The notes under the pieces: model-generated
Seen by the model: only the letters and a program-made list of their open reading frames with translations
What the model was told of the DNA's origin: nothing
The model's database searches: none
Position numbers and translations under genes: made by a program
Shown: positions 32,744 through 43,037 of the stretch, piece after piece
How the letters are laid out: every line of letters begins with the position of its first letter
Numbering within the stretch: the first letter of the stretch is position 1
Assembly: GCA_019057865.1 (NCBI GenBank)
Contig: JAHLWP010000007.1
Span: 75,005 to 139,004 of the forward strand
Reading direction: 5' to 3'
Length of the DNA: 64,000 nt
From: Promethearchaeota archaeon
GTDB lineage: Archaea; Asgardarchaeota; Lokiarchaeia; Sigyniarchaeales; SOKP01

Positions 32744-32913
32744 TAGTATAACTGTTATTTTTAGAGTTCAATTGATTTAGTTTTTTACTTAAATACTCTT
32801 CTTACTCTTCTAATAAAAGAAAATATCAAAATAAATAAAGATTTTCCTAAAAACAATAGATTAATGTTAGGTTTAGGTTTATTTTTAAATAGTACTACTC
32901 TTAAATAAACCAT

Positions 32914-33861
32914 TCAAAATTTTGATAAGTCATCAATTCTCTGGTCTAATTTAGAAATAACTTCATCCCAATTAGATAAGATTTCTTCTACTTTAGGAAT
33001 AACTATATCTCTTTCCTTATATTCTAAATAATCTAAGAACTCTTTAATATTTTCAATTTTCATAAAAGTTTCTGCAACATACTTGCGAATCTCGGATTTT
33101 TGATTATCTAGAACTTCAGGAACTCTGTTGTGTTCCCCACGTCGTATTAATGTCGCTATATATTCTTCTGTTCCTTGCAAAAGGGAATTTAATTGATTTA
33201 TCCGTTCCATGATAAATTTTTCATAGGACTCAAAAATTCTATCTTTTGGGAAAAAATTAGTAATATCTATGATAAATTTCTGGGTTAGCTTAACTAATTG
33301 CTCCATACTTTCATATCCTTCAATTATATAATCAACAGTATGATAAGATGCTTCAATACCTTTATTAACATCATTCAATCTAAAAATTTTAAAACCAGGA
33401 TCATTTTTTAATCGCTTTTCGGGATCCCCTTTTTTGTCTGCTACCTCGATTTGACGTATTAACCTTGTTGGATTAAATACGAGAGAAACTGCTAATGGAT
33501 TATTGGTTTGATAAGACAATGTGGTTTTAATATCTATGTGGCTCATCATTACTTTAAAACCGGGATGAGAATGCCACCAACCTACTGTAAATTCTTCTCG
33601 AGAAAACGCCTTATCATCAATAATATATAAAGCTTCATAATCTTCATCTGACCATTTATATTGGTCGATAACGGCATCCTTATCGAGTTTTTGATGCATA
33701 ATGGGATAGGCTGCAGCAATCATTATGTCATCACCTTCATTTTTACCAATAAAAACACCACTTACTTCAAGCCAATCATCTTTTAGGATTTTCTGGTTAG
33801 CAAACCTCACAGTGGCAGCAACAATTGTCAAATAAACTTTCTTAGGGATGATTACTACCAT
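32914..33861 (-). CDS. JAB1/MPN (JAMM) domain protein with helical C-terminus, intact motif
   Basis: LEVSGVFIG ... VGWWHSHPGFKVMMSHID (E, HxH-x7-S-x2-D). Confidence 0.85.
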   Translation of the reverse strand: MVVIIPKKVYLTIVAATVRFANQKILKDDWLEVSGVFIGKNEGDDIMIAAAYPIMHQKLDKDAVIDQYKWSDEDYEALYIIDDKAFSREEFTVGWWHSHPGFKVMMSHIDIKTTLSYQTNNPLAVSLVFNPTRLIRQIEVADKKGDPEKRLKNDPGFKIFRLNDVNKGIEASYHTVDYIIEGYESMEQLVKLTQKFIIDITNFFPKDRIFESYEKFIMERINQLNSLLQGTEEYIATLIRRGEHNRVPEVLDNQKSEIRKYVAETFMKIENIKEFLDYLEYKERDIVIPKVEEILSNWDEVISKLDQRIDDLSKF

Positions 33862-34027
33862 ATTCTTAAATCATTTTTTTAATTATTCAAATGGAATTAT
33901 ATTGATTAATACTAATTTTACTATTTATGTTTTAGTTTGAATATAAAATTATATAACTATGAAATTTATATTATAATATTATTACAATATTCAATTCTCA
34001 AAATTATATGCAATTTTATAGATAATT

Positions 34028-34681
34028 ATGTCATTAAATTTTGAACCATTAACAAGTCAATTGGGTGTTCCTGGGACTTCCTATAGACTTCAATTAGGAT
34101 CAATTAATGGGAAATGGGCTTGTAGATTATTGAAGGGAAAAAATGTAATTGATTCTTATGTATTCAAAGATGAAGATGTGCTAGATGATATTCCTAATCA
34201 AAATCGAATTGTTTCATGGGTCTTAATGACTGTAGCTATTCCAAATATAAACCCTCATCAAATTATGAAAACAACGCAGGCCTTGGTCAAACAAGCACTC
34301 AAAAAGAAGGAAGAAAGAAAAGCAGTAGCACCCATATCTGAAACAAAAAAAGTAGAGTTAGAGAGAGTTCCCGAAAGTGAATTGAAACGACCTAAAGTGG
34401 CTGGATGGGTTAAAGAAGAGGGAATGAAAACAGTTCAGGAATTAGAAGATGAAAAACGACAAGCATTTAAAGAAAGGATGATCCATAAAAGGGAAGAAGA
34501 AAGAACTCGAGAGGCTTCTACTTTAAAAACTTCAAGAGAATTACCATCTATTCCTACAGGTGCAGGTGGAACAAATGTATCTGCTGGTGCTGAGGTATCA
34601 AAATTTTGTCCATTTTGTGGAAAAGATTTAAACTGGAAATTTTGTCCTAATTGTGGGAAACCTCTACCCCATGAAGATTAA
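34028..34681 (+). CDS. Hypothetical protein with C-terminal double zinc ribbon
   Basis: FCPFCGKDLNWKFCPNCG at the C-terminus, after a charged low-complexity linker. Confidence 0.75.
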   Translation: MSLNFEPLTSQLGVPGTSYRLQLGSINGKWACRLLKGKNVIDSYVFKDEDVLDDIPNQNRIVSWVLMTVAIPNINPHQIMKTTQALVKQALKKKEERKAVAPISETKKVELERVPESELKRPKVAGWVKEEGMKTVQELEDEKRQAFKERMIHKREEERTREASTLKTSRELPSIPTGAGGTNVSAGAEVSKFCPFCGKDLNWKFCPNCGKPLPHED

Positions 34682-34822
34682 TTTATTATTATTTTAGTAA
34701 AATCTATTTTTGAAAAAAATTATTTTTAATTTCTAAAATTCAATTCAAAAATTTAAAACATTTAAATTATATATGGATAAAAAATTAACTATATCTAAAA
34801 CTCATAAAAATCGTGATTAAAT

Positions 34823-36298
34823 TTGACATCTGATAAAACTGTCATCATTAAACCACTCGCGTATTATAAAATGCTCATTCATGTTTTACGTTTTGGTTCT
34901 AAAGTAAGAGATCGCAAACAATATAAAGAGGTAATGGGGATCTTAATTGGTCGTCTTGAGTCAGGAGAACCTGATAAAAAAGGGATCAATGATGTAATTG
35001 TGGAAGATGCAGTACCAATTTCCCATGGCGGCTCAATAGAAGTTGATTTTGCCCCAGAAGATTATGTAACATTCTCCATGGTAGATGCAGAATTTGCAGA
35101 AAAAGGATGGTTTAGTGTAGGGTGGTACCATTCACACCCTGGTTTGAAGATATTCTTTTCGAGTACGGATATAAAAAACATGCTTGGTTGGCAGACTCCG
35201 AACCCAAGCGCTATTGGAATTGTCTTCGACCATACTTTCTTAGAAAAACCCGGAGATATGGGATTTCGCGCATTTAGATTAGATGACACTTCTAAAGGCC
35301 AAACAACAGGGTATCATGAAGTAAGAACTGTAGTCGAACCTCCAGATAGTCTTGAATATTACCAAAGACTTATGGAATTAATTAACAGTGTTCACTCTAA
35401 AGAACCGCCAATCTTAGAACTTAATGAATTGCCTGACTTATTTGGTGATATTGCTATTCCTAGTCAAGATCAATTAATAACTAAAAAACCAGAATTAGAA
35501 TTAACTAAAATATTTTCTGCTATCCAGAATGGAATATCAAGTTTTTTAGAGTTGACAATTGAACCATCTGTTAAATTTCTTAATACGTGGAGTCAAGAGA
35601 TGATTAGAAAAACCATTGAATCTAATTTAGAAATGAGAAATAACATTTTAGCTATAAAGGAAAAGATTGGAAATGGTATCTCTAATATACAAAAAGATTT
35701 TAAATTTTCCTTAAAAGATAAATTGAATCAATTAGATATGTATATCGATGATAAATTTGATGAATTTGATAATAACAATGAAAATCTTAAAGAAATTATA
35801 AGTCAAATTAAAATTGAACTTAATGATAAATTGAAGGTCATATTTGAAGAAAAGCTAAAGGTTTCTCTAGATCAAGGTATAAACTCGTTTAAAGAAAATC
35901 TAGAAAATTTAACAAAAATAAATCAAGAAAGTTCTATTTTTATTGAAAAATTAGAAGGTGAACGCAAGTCTCTAAATAATGTATCAGAGAATATTAATTC
36001 TATTGAAGATTCAATCAACAATAAATTAAAGAATATACAAGACGAAGTCATAAATAAACTATCCAAAAACACTAATAAAATTGTTGGAAATTTTATTAAT
36101 TTAAATAAAGACACAAAGAGTTTCTTATCAGATTTAAAAGCCGCAATTATATTACTGGAAAGTTCAAAGAATCCTATACAGAATAAGATAAAAATCTTAG
36201 AAACAGAAAATAAGACCCTCCAAAAAGATTTATTAGAGTTGAAAAATGAAAATCAAGATTTAATGATTAAATTAAAAAAATATGAAGGAGGAGAATAA
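34823..36298 (+). CDS. JAB1/MPN (JAMM) domain protein with long coiled coil, intact motif
   Basis: KEVMGILIG ... VGWYHSHPGLKIFFSSTD, IVFD; ~260-aa helical/coiled-coil tail. Confidence 0.88.
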   Translation: MTSDKTVIIKPLAYYKMLIHVLRFGSKVRDRKQYKEVMGILIGRLESGEPDKKGINDVIVEDAVPISHGGSIEVDFAPEDYVTFSMVDAEFAEKGWFSVGWYHSHPGLKIFFSSTDIKNMLGWQTPNPSAIGIVFDHTFLEKPGDMGFRAFRLDDTSKGQTTGYHEVRTVVEPPDSLEYYQRLMELINSVHSKEPPILELNELPDLFGDIAIPSQDQLITKKPELELTKIFSAIQNGISSFLELTIEPSVKFLNTWSQEMIRKTIESNLEMRNNILAIKEKIGNGISNIQKDFKFSLKDKLNQLDMYIDDKFDEFDNNNENLKEIISQIKIELNDKLKVIFEEKLKVSLDQGINSFKENLENLTKINQESSIFIEKLEGERKSLNNVSENINSIEDSINNKLKNIQDEVINKLSKNTNKIVGNFINLNKDTKSFLSDLKAAIILLESSKNPIQNKIKILETENKTLQKDLLELKNENQDLMIKLKKYEGGE

Positions 36299-37711
36299 TT
36301 GAAAATGCCTGAAAATGAATTAAACAACAATAAGGACAAAAATGAGAAAGATCAAACCATTCCAACGAAAAATAGACAAATAATAATAAAAAAAGAAGCT
36401 TTCAGGAATATGATAACCCATGTTTTAAGATTTGGAAGCATTGCATTAGAAAAGAGTGTAGAGGTTATGGGCATTTGCTTAGGAGAATTAACTGAGAATG
36501 AGAAAGACATTGTTTTAATCAATGCTATTCCGATTACTCATGGAAAAAAAGTATCAGCAGGTTTTACTAAAGACGATTATGATTTATTAACTCAACTTGA
36601 AAAACAATATCAAAAGAAGAATCTTAATATTGTAGGATGGTATAGTTCACACCCCGGGTGGGGTCTTTATTTTTCTGACTTAGAGATAAAAACTCATCAA
36701 TTTTTTCAAAAGGAAAGTAATCCTAACGGATTTTTTGTTGTTTTTGATCATACTTTAATGGATAAAGATAAGACTTTTGGTTTTGAGATTTATAGATTTG
36801 ATGATTTTAAAAAAGCAGATAAATATCATAATGTAGTATTTGAAATTGAAGAACCAGCAACCCTAGATTATTTTAAATGGGTTCAGAAATTTGTAGAAGA
36901 TTTTCAAAAACAGACATCTATCTTAATTAAAGAAATTAGTGAATCAAAAGAGTCAATTCCGGGTGAATTACAAGAAATACCAATATCAGAGGAAATATCA
37001 CCAGAAGAAGAATTTGATGATTATTCACAAATTTCACCGATAATTTCAGGATTTCAAAAAGGAGTGTCTAGATTTTCTGAATCGGTGATAGATACCTTCA
37101 AGTCTCAATTTGGAGATTGGACCAATGATCTTAAAGAAGGATCTTCGAAAGGTTCAGAATATTTACGTAATAGTGTAAATAAAATGAAAGAGGCAGCATC
37201 TCAGAGTCTTATTAAAGTAGAGAATTGGTTTAAAAAAAATTTAGATAGTATGTTAAACGAATTTAAAGAAACTGTGGTTAATTATGTAGATAATAGAGTT
37301 GAAGCTCAGACTGAACTCAGAAATGATCTCAATAATATAAAAAATGATCTTTTTAATGATTTAAATATCGTTGTTGATGAAAATTTAAAATATATTAAAA
37401 GTGAAATAGCATCTGTTGTTAAATTAACAACTGAAAAAGTAAATAATAGCACTCAAATAAATTCTAAGATTGAAGAGATGATTGGCAGTATTTCTAAAGT
37501 AATCTTAGCAATTGAAAATGAATCAAGTGATCTAGGTAGTAAAATAGAAAAAAATATTGAAACAACGATTGATCAATTTGAAACAAGTATTAATGAAAAA
37601 ATTGAAAAAATGAGTTCAGAATTACAACCATTTAAAGAATATTACTTAGAAATTAGTGAATTGTTAGAAAAGTTACAAAAAATAATCACAGATTTTCGCA
37701 TGAAGATATAG
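36299..37711 (+). CDS. MPN domain protein with degenerate JAMM motif and long coiled coil
   Basis: VEVMGICLG ... VGWYSSHPGWGLYFSDLE (first His to Ser, Asp to Glu); abuts the previous gene. Confidence 0.85.
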   Translation: MKMPENELNNNKDKNEKDQTIPTKNRQIIIKKEAFRNMITHVLRFGSIALEKSVEVMGICLGELTENEKDIVLINAIPITHGKKVSAGFTKDDYDLLTQLEKQYQKKNLNIVGWYSSHPGWGLYFSDLEIKTHQFFQKESNPNGFFVVFDHTLMDKDKTFGFEIYRFDDFKKADKYHNVVFEIEEPATLDYFKWVQKFVEDFQKQTSILIKEISESKESIPGELQEIPISEEISPEEEFDDYSQISPIISGFQKGVSRFSESVIDTFKSQFGDWTNDLKEGSSKGSEYLRNSVNKMKEAASQSLIKVENWFKKNLDSMLNEFKETVVNYVDNRVEAQTELRNDLNNIKNDLFNDLNIVVDENLKYIKSEIASVVKLTTEKVNNSTQINSKIEEMIGSISKVILAIENESSDLGSKIEKNIETTIDQFETSINEKIEKMSSELQPFKEYYLEISELLEKLQKIITDFRMKI

Positions 37712-37745
37712 TGGTTAATGAATTACATATATAGAGGGATCTGAG

Positions 37746-37934
37746 TTGACACCGTCAAGAAAGAAAATGTTAAAGAAGGTAGACGAAGCTATAAAAGTAT
37801 TGGATAATCAAATCAACAATCCTGATGGGATCGATGAAAACAAGCTAAAAGAGTTAATGGAATTGAAGGAAGAACTCGAGAAATCAAAAAAAGTGATAAA
37901 AAAGAGACACTTTGACCTCTTACCTTACAGGTAA
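37746..37934 (+). CDS. Small helical-hairpin protein at the end of the MPN operon
   Basis: 62-aa ORF with GAGG RBS, two amphipathic helices. Confidence 0.55.
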   Translation: MTPSRKKMLKKVDEAIKVLDNQINNPDGIDENKLKELMELKEELEKSKKVIKKRHFDLLPYR

Positions 37935-38254
37935 GAAGGAATAAAATCAACTAAAAAATTAAAGATTTCTGAAGTGAGCTGAAAGCTCATGATTAATTTC
38001 TACATCTCTAATTTTTTAGAGATATATATAATATGTTATATCCGGGAGGAGTTGAGCGAGAAAGTTATAAAATAAATAAAAATTTAGGCATAGAAGTTTT
38101 TTTTTATATGATTCTGATCTTTTATTTAATTTTTTTATTTCTTATTTTTATATCCATTTGTCAATTTTTGATTACAAAAGAGCAGAGATTACGATTATGG
38201 ATCCATGGAGGATGATTTTGACTATTGGGAAGAGACAGTAGGTGTAAAAATGGT

Positions 38255-38539
38255 TTAGAAAAATTTCAAGTTTGAAACTTTAGAAATTTGTAATCTATAT
38301 TTCGGAATGTTAGTATTCAATCGCTTTAAATGATTCAATTTAGCGATTTTGCCTAAAACTCTTCCGATTCTGTCAACTTTAACGTCAATTCCAAAATTTT
38401 CTTTAAGAACTGAATTAATTTTATAGGACGATAATATAACAACACGTGAGATATTTTTTTCACATAACAACTCAATTGCTTTTTTTACTAAGCTAATTAG
38501 AGTTTCTTTATTATCTATCTTAATTTTTTCCATTCTCAA
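38255..38539 (-). CDS. Small basic hypothetical protein (possible winged helix)
   Basis: 94-aa K-rich ORF. Confidence 0.55.
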   Translation of the reverse strand: MRMEKIKIDNKETLISLVKKAIELLCEKNISRVVILSSYKINSVLKENFGIDVKVDRIGRVLGKIAKLNHLKRLNTNIPKYRLQISKVSNLKFF

Positions 38540-38819
38540 TAATTTAAAAAAAATTTCGTATAATTAAATTTATTTTTAACCATTTTTAAAACTTTCATCT
38601 AAGTTTGATTCTTAAATTTGTTTTAACTTTATAATTAGGTTTAAATTAAAAAAAATGATTTATTAATATAATGTCTGATAAGCAATCTAATTCTGTTAAT
38701 TCTCTAAGAAAATCAAATATATCTAAAGAACAAAAAAGTTCAGAAACAGAAATAAAATTACTCAAATTAAACCGTCATATTTATCACATACTTCAAAAAT
38801 TGGGAGGCGTAGGTTCAAA

Positions 38820-41168
38820 ATGAAAAAAAGAGAGTCTTTATCGACCCTTCGAACAAAAATTGCAGCCTTTAAGTCAAGAACAGGTGAAAAATTAAAGGTA
38901 TTTGCGGATAAACTTGTTCACAAGGAAGTCTATGTTGATGGGCAAGAACCTCCAAAATCTTATTCATTTGAAAAAAAGTTCTTTGGCTTATATTTCATTT
39001 TTATAATATCTTCTTTTGTCTTAATATTAACAATTAACATTTCACAAAAGAATTCTATAAATACAGTAATTTTTGCTATTTCAAATGCAATTGTTGCATT
39101 CTTTCTAGTACTATCTGGATTGTTAAGTATAGATAGATTTAGAATTTTCTTATTTGAAGAAAAAACTTTAATTAAACAACTTATTCTTTATTCAGGTTTA
39201 TTTACTTTACTTATTCCCGTTTCTTTTTATATCTCAACAGATATTAACTTTATTACGTATTTATTGATTTTCGCAATGATATGGTTATTTCTTCTAAGTA
39301 GCAAATTCTATATTTATTCTAGGAAATTTGCTACAAAAATTGAAGCTAGATTTATTAAAAAATATTCTATCCTTAGATATCTTGTCGCAATTATTATCCC
39401 CTTTTTAATATTAGGTGTTCTTGTTATTCTTTCACTATTTTATAGGACTTTTTTAGTGTGGCTCTCATTGGATTTCTTTGGAAATAGTGATCCTAGTTCT
39501 GCTGTTGCTGTATATAATCTAGAAATGCGTGTAGTTATGCCGCTAATTTATTTTAGTTTGGTATTAACATTAGTATTTATAATTTTTGAATTTGTTTTTA
39601 CTAGAAGGCGTGCAGAAACAAAAAGAGCTGGAACTTTTGATAATTTTACTTTTTCTTTAATTGTTTTATTCATCTTTTTCTTTCAAATTTTACAAATCAG
39701 TATCTTTATGTTATTAAGACCAGAAACAATAGATGCCTTTAAAGCAACGGTAGGAGTTATTGGCTCGCCTGTCGGTTATATTATAATTTTTGAGTCTGTC
39801 ATTTCTATGTATTTTCTATATAGGGTTATTAAAAAAACTGGTAGAACATTAGGTTGGCGTATCTTTATATTTAAGAAAGATGGATTAATTTTGTTCTTTT
39901 TAGCATGTGTCCTCGCTCAAACTATGACACGTTTTGCACTAGCAAATGAAATAGCAAATCAAGAAATAACTCCAATAGGAACATTGTTAATGGCGGATAA
40001 ATATGTAATTTCAGTATTGATGATTTTTCTCTTAGGTAGTACTTTATTAGTCTATTATATAAAACCTCATGAGACTTCAATGTTCATGAGACTTCAAAAA
40101 GAATTAGTATATGATGAAGAAAAGAATATTGAAAAAATTTATAACATTATAAGAAGTGAATATATCCGGAGGGGAGAGGCTTTTCCAATTGAAATACTTG
40201 AACGTGAATTAATTAAAGCAACTCGACTATCAAAAGGTAATGTTTACTCTCTAGTTGAGCAATTAGCGATAAAAGATATGGATATTCTGATAACCGAGAG
40301 AAAAGAAGAATTTGGAACACCCGTAAAATTTATAGATTTCACCTCTGTTACCGAACGATTTGATAGAAAAGAAATAGCACAAGAAAAAGCTAAAAAATAT
40401 TTAACCAAAAGATTATATGAAACAAGTTTGGCGAAAAGGAGTGAAAAAAGCAGATTAAAAGCTGTCAGCGAATCAGAAAAAGCTTCAGATCAACTTATTA
40501 CCTCTCTTACTGCAAATTATACAAAAAAGCAAGTAGATGAACGAGAAATTGAAAAAGTAAAAGAAGAAGCAAAAGTAACAGAAGATTTGAGAGTAAAGTT
40601 AACAGATGCTTTAAAAAATCAACTATTACAAACGATTAAAAATGAATACTTCTATAGGATTGAGAACAATGATAAATATTTAGACTTTTATGTCCCTATT
40701 TCTGAAGTGTCAGATCAAATTGAATTAAATACGAAAATCACTCCTGGAGAATTATATCCCATTTTAGAAAGTCTCAGTATTATTGATTTGGAATTGACTC
40801 TAATTGATAATCCTGATGAACCTGAAGATAAGAAAATCAAATTCTTACCCTTTGCTGATGATAATATGAACTTTTCTTTAGCAAATTTTCGACCAGAAGA
40901 GTATGCTAAATTTAAAATTAATGTAATTAAAAATTTTCATAGAGCTCTTAAAACTAAGAAAGAAAAAAGAAGTTTATTTCAGTTGAAAAAAGGGATTTCA
41001 GATAAATTCGAAGGTCAAAAATCATGGCTTAGTTTATTAGATAATTTATATAGATATTATCCTTTATATACTGAAAAATTATCTTCTGTTCCTAATACAA
41101 CAAAACTTAGAAATCAGTTGAGGAAAATGGAAGAATTTTATGAAAGAAAACATAACTTAAACAGTTAA
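38820..41168 (+). CDS. Polytopic membrane protein with a cytoplasmic C-terminus containing a duplicated domain
   Basis: About 10-11 TM segments in residues ~55-415, then two related ~75-aa segments. Confidence 0.75.
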   Translation: MKKRESLSTLRTKIAAFKSRTGEKLKVFADKLVHKEVYVDGQEPPKSYSFEKKFFGLYFIFIISSFVLILTINISQKNSINTVIFAISNAIVAFFLVLSGLLSIDRFRIFLFEEKTLIKQLILYSGLFTLLIPVSFYISTDINFITYLLIFAMIWLFLLSSKFYIYSRKFATKIEARFIKKYSILRYLVAIIIPFLILGVLVILSLFYRTFLVWLSLDFFGNSDPSSAVAVYNLEMRVVMPLIYFSLVLTLVFIIFEFVFTRRRAETKRAGTFDNFTFSLIVLFIFFFQILQISIFMLLRPETIDAFKATVGVIGSPVGYIIIFESVISMYFLYRVIKKTGRTLGWRIFIFKKDGLILFFLACVLAQTMTRFALANEIANQEITPIGTLLMADKYVISVLMIFLLGSTLLVYYIKPHETSMFMRLQKELVYDEEKNIEKIYNIIRSEYIRRGEAFPIEILERELIKATRLSKGNVYSLVEQLAIKDMDILITERKEEFGTPVKFIDFTSVTERFDRKEIAQEKAKKYLTKRLYETSLAKRSEKSRLKAVSESEKASDQLITSLTANYTKKQVDEREIEKVKEEAKVTEDLRVKLTDALKNQLLQTIKNEYFYRIENNDKYLDFYVPISEVSDQIELNTKITPGELYPILESLSIIDLELTLIDNPDEPEDKKIKFLPFADDNMNFSLANFRPEEYAKFKINVIKNFHRALKTKKEKRSLFQLKKGISDKFEGQKSWLSLLDNLYRYYPLYTEKLSSVPNTTKLRNQLRKMEEFYERKHNLNS

Positions 41169-41216
41169 GAAAAATAAAATAATTTTAATTCTATTTTTAA
41201 TGTATAAAGATAAGAT

Positions 41217-42530
41217 TTGTCGAGTCAAAAATTTCAAGAATCAAATTTTAAAGTATTCATTGGATTATCCTCTTTTCAAATTCTCGCTATGTTTAGGCGA
41301 GGTTTGTTTTATACATATTTATCTGTTTATCTAAAGTTTTCTTTAAATTTATCAGTAACAGAAACAACTCTATATGCTACACTCCCCATGATAATGAGTG
41401 TATTGTTTCAAAATCTAGTTTGGGGTCCTATAAGTGATAAATTTCAACGTCGACGATTATTAATTATTTTAGGTGAAATAATCGCGGGAATTGGAACACT
41501 GCTAGTATGGGGCGTTCATTTTATTTTCGAGAATTTGTATCTAGCTGGATATGTAATAATAATTGGATTAATGATTGTAGAAATGTTTTGGTCAATGTCA
41601 AACATTGGATGGAGTGCTCTAGTGAGTGATATATACCCTCTTAAAAAACGTGGTAAAACTATGGGCTATTTAACTAGTATTGGAGGATCAGGACGTATTA
41701 TAGGAATCTTTATCGGTGGATTTCTGTATGATGGAGGCTTGGGGTTTCGAAACGGAACATTATTTTTTATAGCATCATTTGTTATGTTTATTTCAACTAT
41801 TCCAATGCTCCTCTTTGTTCCTGAAGGTGGTGTCACCTTAAGAAAGAAACCAGAAGGGAATTCTGATATAGAATTAGATGATGAGCAAAATAACATTTTC
41901 ATATTTGTCATATTCATTATTGCCTTAACTTTTATAAATTTTGGAAGAAATTCTATTGCTGTTCCTTTCCCGCAATTTTTAAAATTGGAATCTGGTTTTG
42001 CAGTTGATGATATAATGCTCAGTTTTATTGCGAATACACGTTCAATTTCAATTATTTTAATTGGACTTTCAGCAGGAATATTAAGTAAAAAATTAGGCCA
42101 TGCACGGACTTTAATATTTGGTGCAAACATTGGAATCATTGCTTTAATCATTATAGCAACTGCAGCCAATCTACCAACCATTTTCCTTGGAAGTTTCTTA
42201 ATAGGTGCGGCTGAAGTAATTATATACGCCTCATCATACGCTTTTGCTTCAACTTTAATACCAGCAAGAATTCGAGCAAAGTTATTTGGGGTATATAATA
42301 CTACATTCTTCTTATCTTGGGGTTTAGCTTGTACTCTTGTATCTGGACCTTTAATAGATCTCTTAATAAACGAAGGAAAAAGTGATATTTTTGCGTATCA
42401 AGTGGCGTTTTTGGTGGGAGCGTTGATTTGTTTAATTGGTCTATTAATGTTCACTTTTTTAGAAATTTGGCTGAAATTAAAAAAGAGAAAGTTAAAAATA
42501 GCTTTAAATAAGTCTAATGTTTTAATTTAA
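41217..42530 (+). CDS. MFS transporter
   Basis: WGPISDKFQRRR motif A, about 12 TM. Confidence 0.9.
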   Translation: MSSQKFQESNFKVFIGLSSFQILAMFRRGLFYTYLSVYLKFSLNLSVTETTLYATLPMIMSVLFQNLVWGPISDKFQRRRLLIILGEIIAGIGTLLVWGVHFIFENLYLAGYVIIIGLMIVEMFWSMSNIGWSALVSDIYPLKKRGKTMGYLTSIGGSGRIIGIFIGGFLYDGGLGFRNGTLFFIASFVMFISTIPMLLFVPEGGVTLRKKPEGNSDIELDDEQNNIFIFVIFIIALTFINFGRNSIAVPFPQFLKLESGFAVDDIMLSFIANTRSISIILIGLSAGILSKKLGHARTLIFGANIGIIALIIIATAANLPTIFLGSFLIGAAEVIIYASSYAFASTLIPARIRAKLFGVYNTTFFLSWGLACTLVSGPLIDLLINEGKSDIFAYQVAFLVGALICLIGLLMFTFLEIWLKLKKRKLKIALNKSNVLI

Positions 42531-42553
42531 TCCAAAAAATTAACTCAAATTAC

Positions 42554-42709
42554 TTATTTATTATTTAAATTTTTTTTCTTTAGTTGAAATTCACTGCATA
42601 CATTTATTGCTTTAGAATCATTACAATTAAAATTCTTAGGCAAAATACAAGAATCATAAAAAGGACAATTAATTCTCATTTTCGACCTTTGATTTGATTG
42701 TTCACTCAT
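42554..42709 (-). CDS. Small 4-Cys protein (51 aa), not in ORF track
   Basis: GGTGA RBS; MSEQSNQRSKMRINCPFYDSCILPKNFNCNDSKAINVCSEFQLKKKNLNNK. Confidence 0.5.
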   Translation of the reverse strand: MSEQSNQRSKMRINCPFYDSCILPKNFNCNDSKAINVCSEFQLKKKNLNNK

Positions 42710-42820
42710 ATTCTCTCACCTAAACCCTTAAAGATGGTAATAAACAGATTCGTTGATTTATCTTTTTATTTACCAGTTAATATTATAATTTGTAAAATAT
42801 AAGATAAAAAATAAAATTTA

Positions 42821-42988
42821 TTATTTACAACAATTTTCACAGATAAACTCATCCAAATCTATGTAACCACAGGATTCTCCCATATAACACTCCAACGCTC
42901 CAGTTTCTTCATTAATAATCATATCTTGACCACAATGTTGTGGAAGCGTCTCAACAATATTTCCGCATTTAATACATTTTAATTCCAT
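42821..42988 (-). CDS. Small Cys/His/Met-rich putative metal-binding protein (55 aa), not in ORF track
   Basis: AGGTGA RBS; MELKCIKCGNIVETLPQHCGQDMIINEETGALECYMGESCGYIDLDEFICENCCK; directly downstream of copA. Confidence 0.8.
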   Translation of the reverse strand: MELKCIKCGNIVETLPQHCGQDMIINEETGALECYMGESCGYIDLDEFICENCCK

Positions 42989-43037
42989 AATTTGTATATC
43001 ACCTTTCTTTTAATTCATATCAATCATTACTACTTCT

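Noticed and set aside
37969-37995. Hammerhead ribozyme (CTGA plus hairpin)
   Set aside because: Lacks the CUGANGA core and the GAAA after stem II
38033-38215. 60-aa + strand ORF
   Set aside because: Hydrophobicity derives from T-rich low-complexity DNA and no motif is present; not supportable, though not excluded
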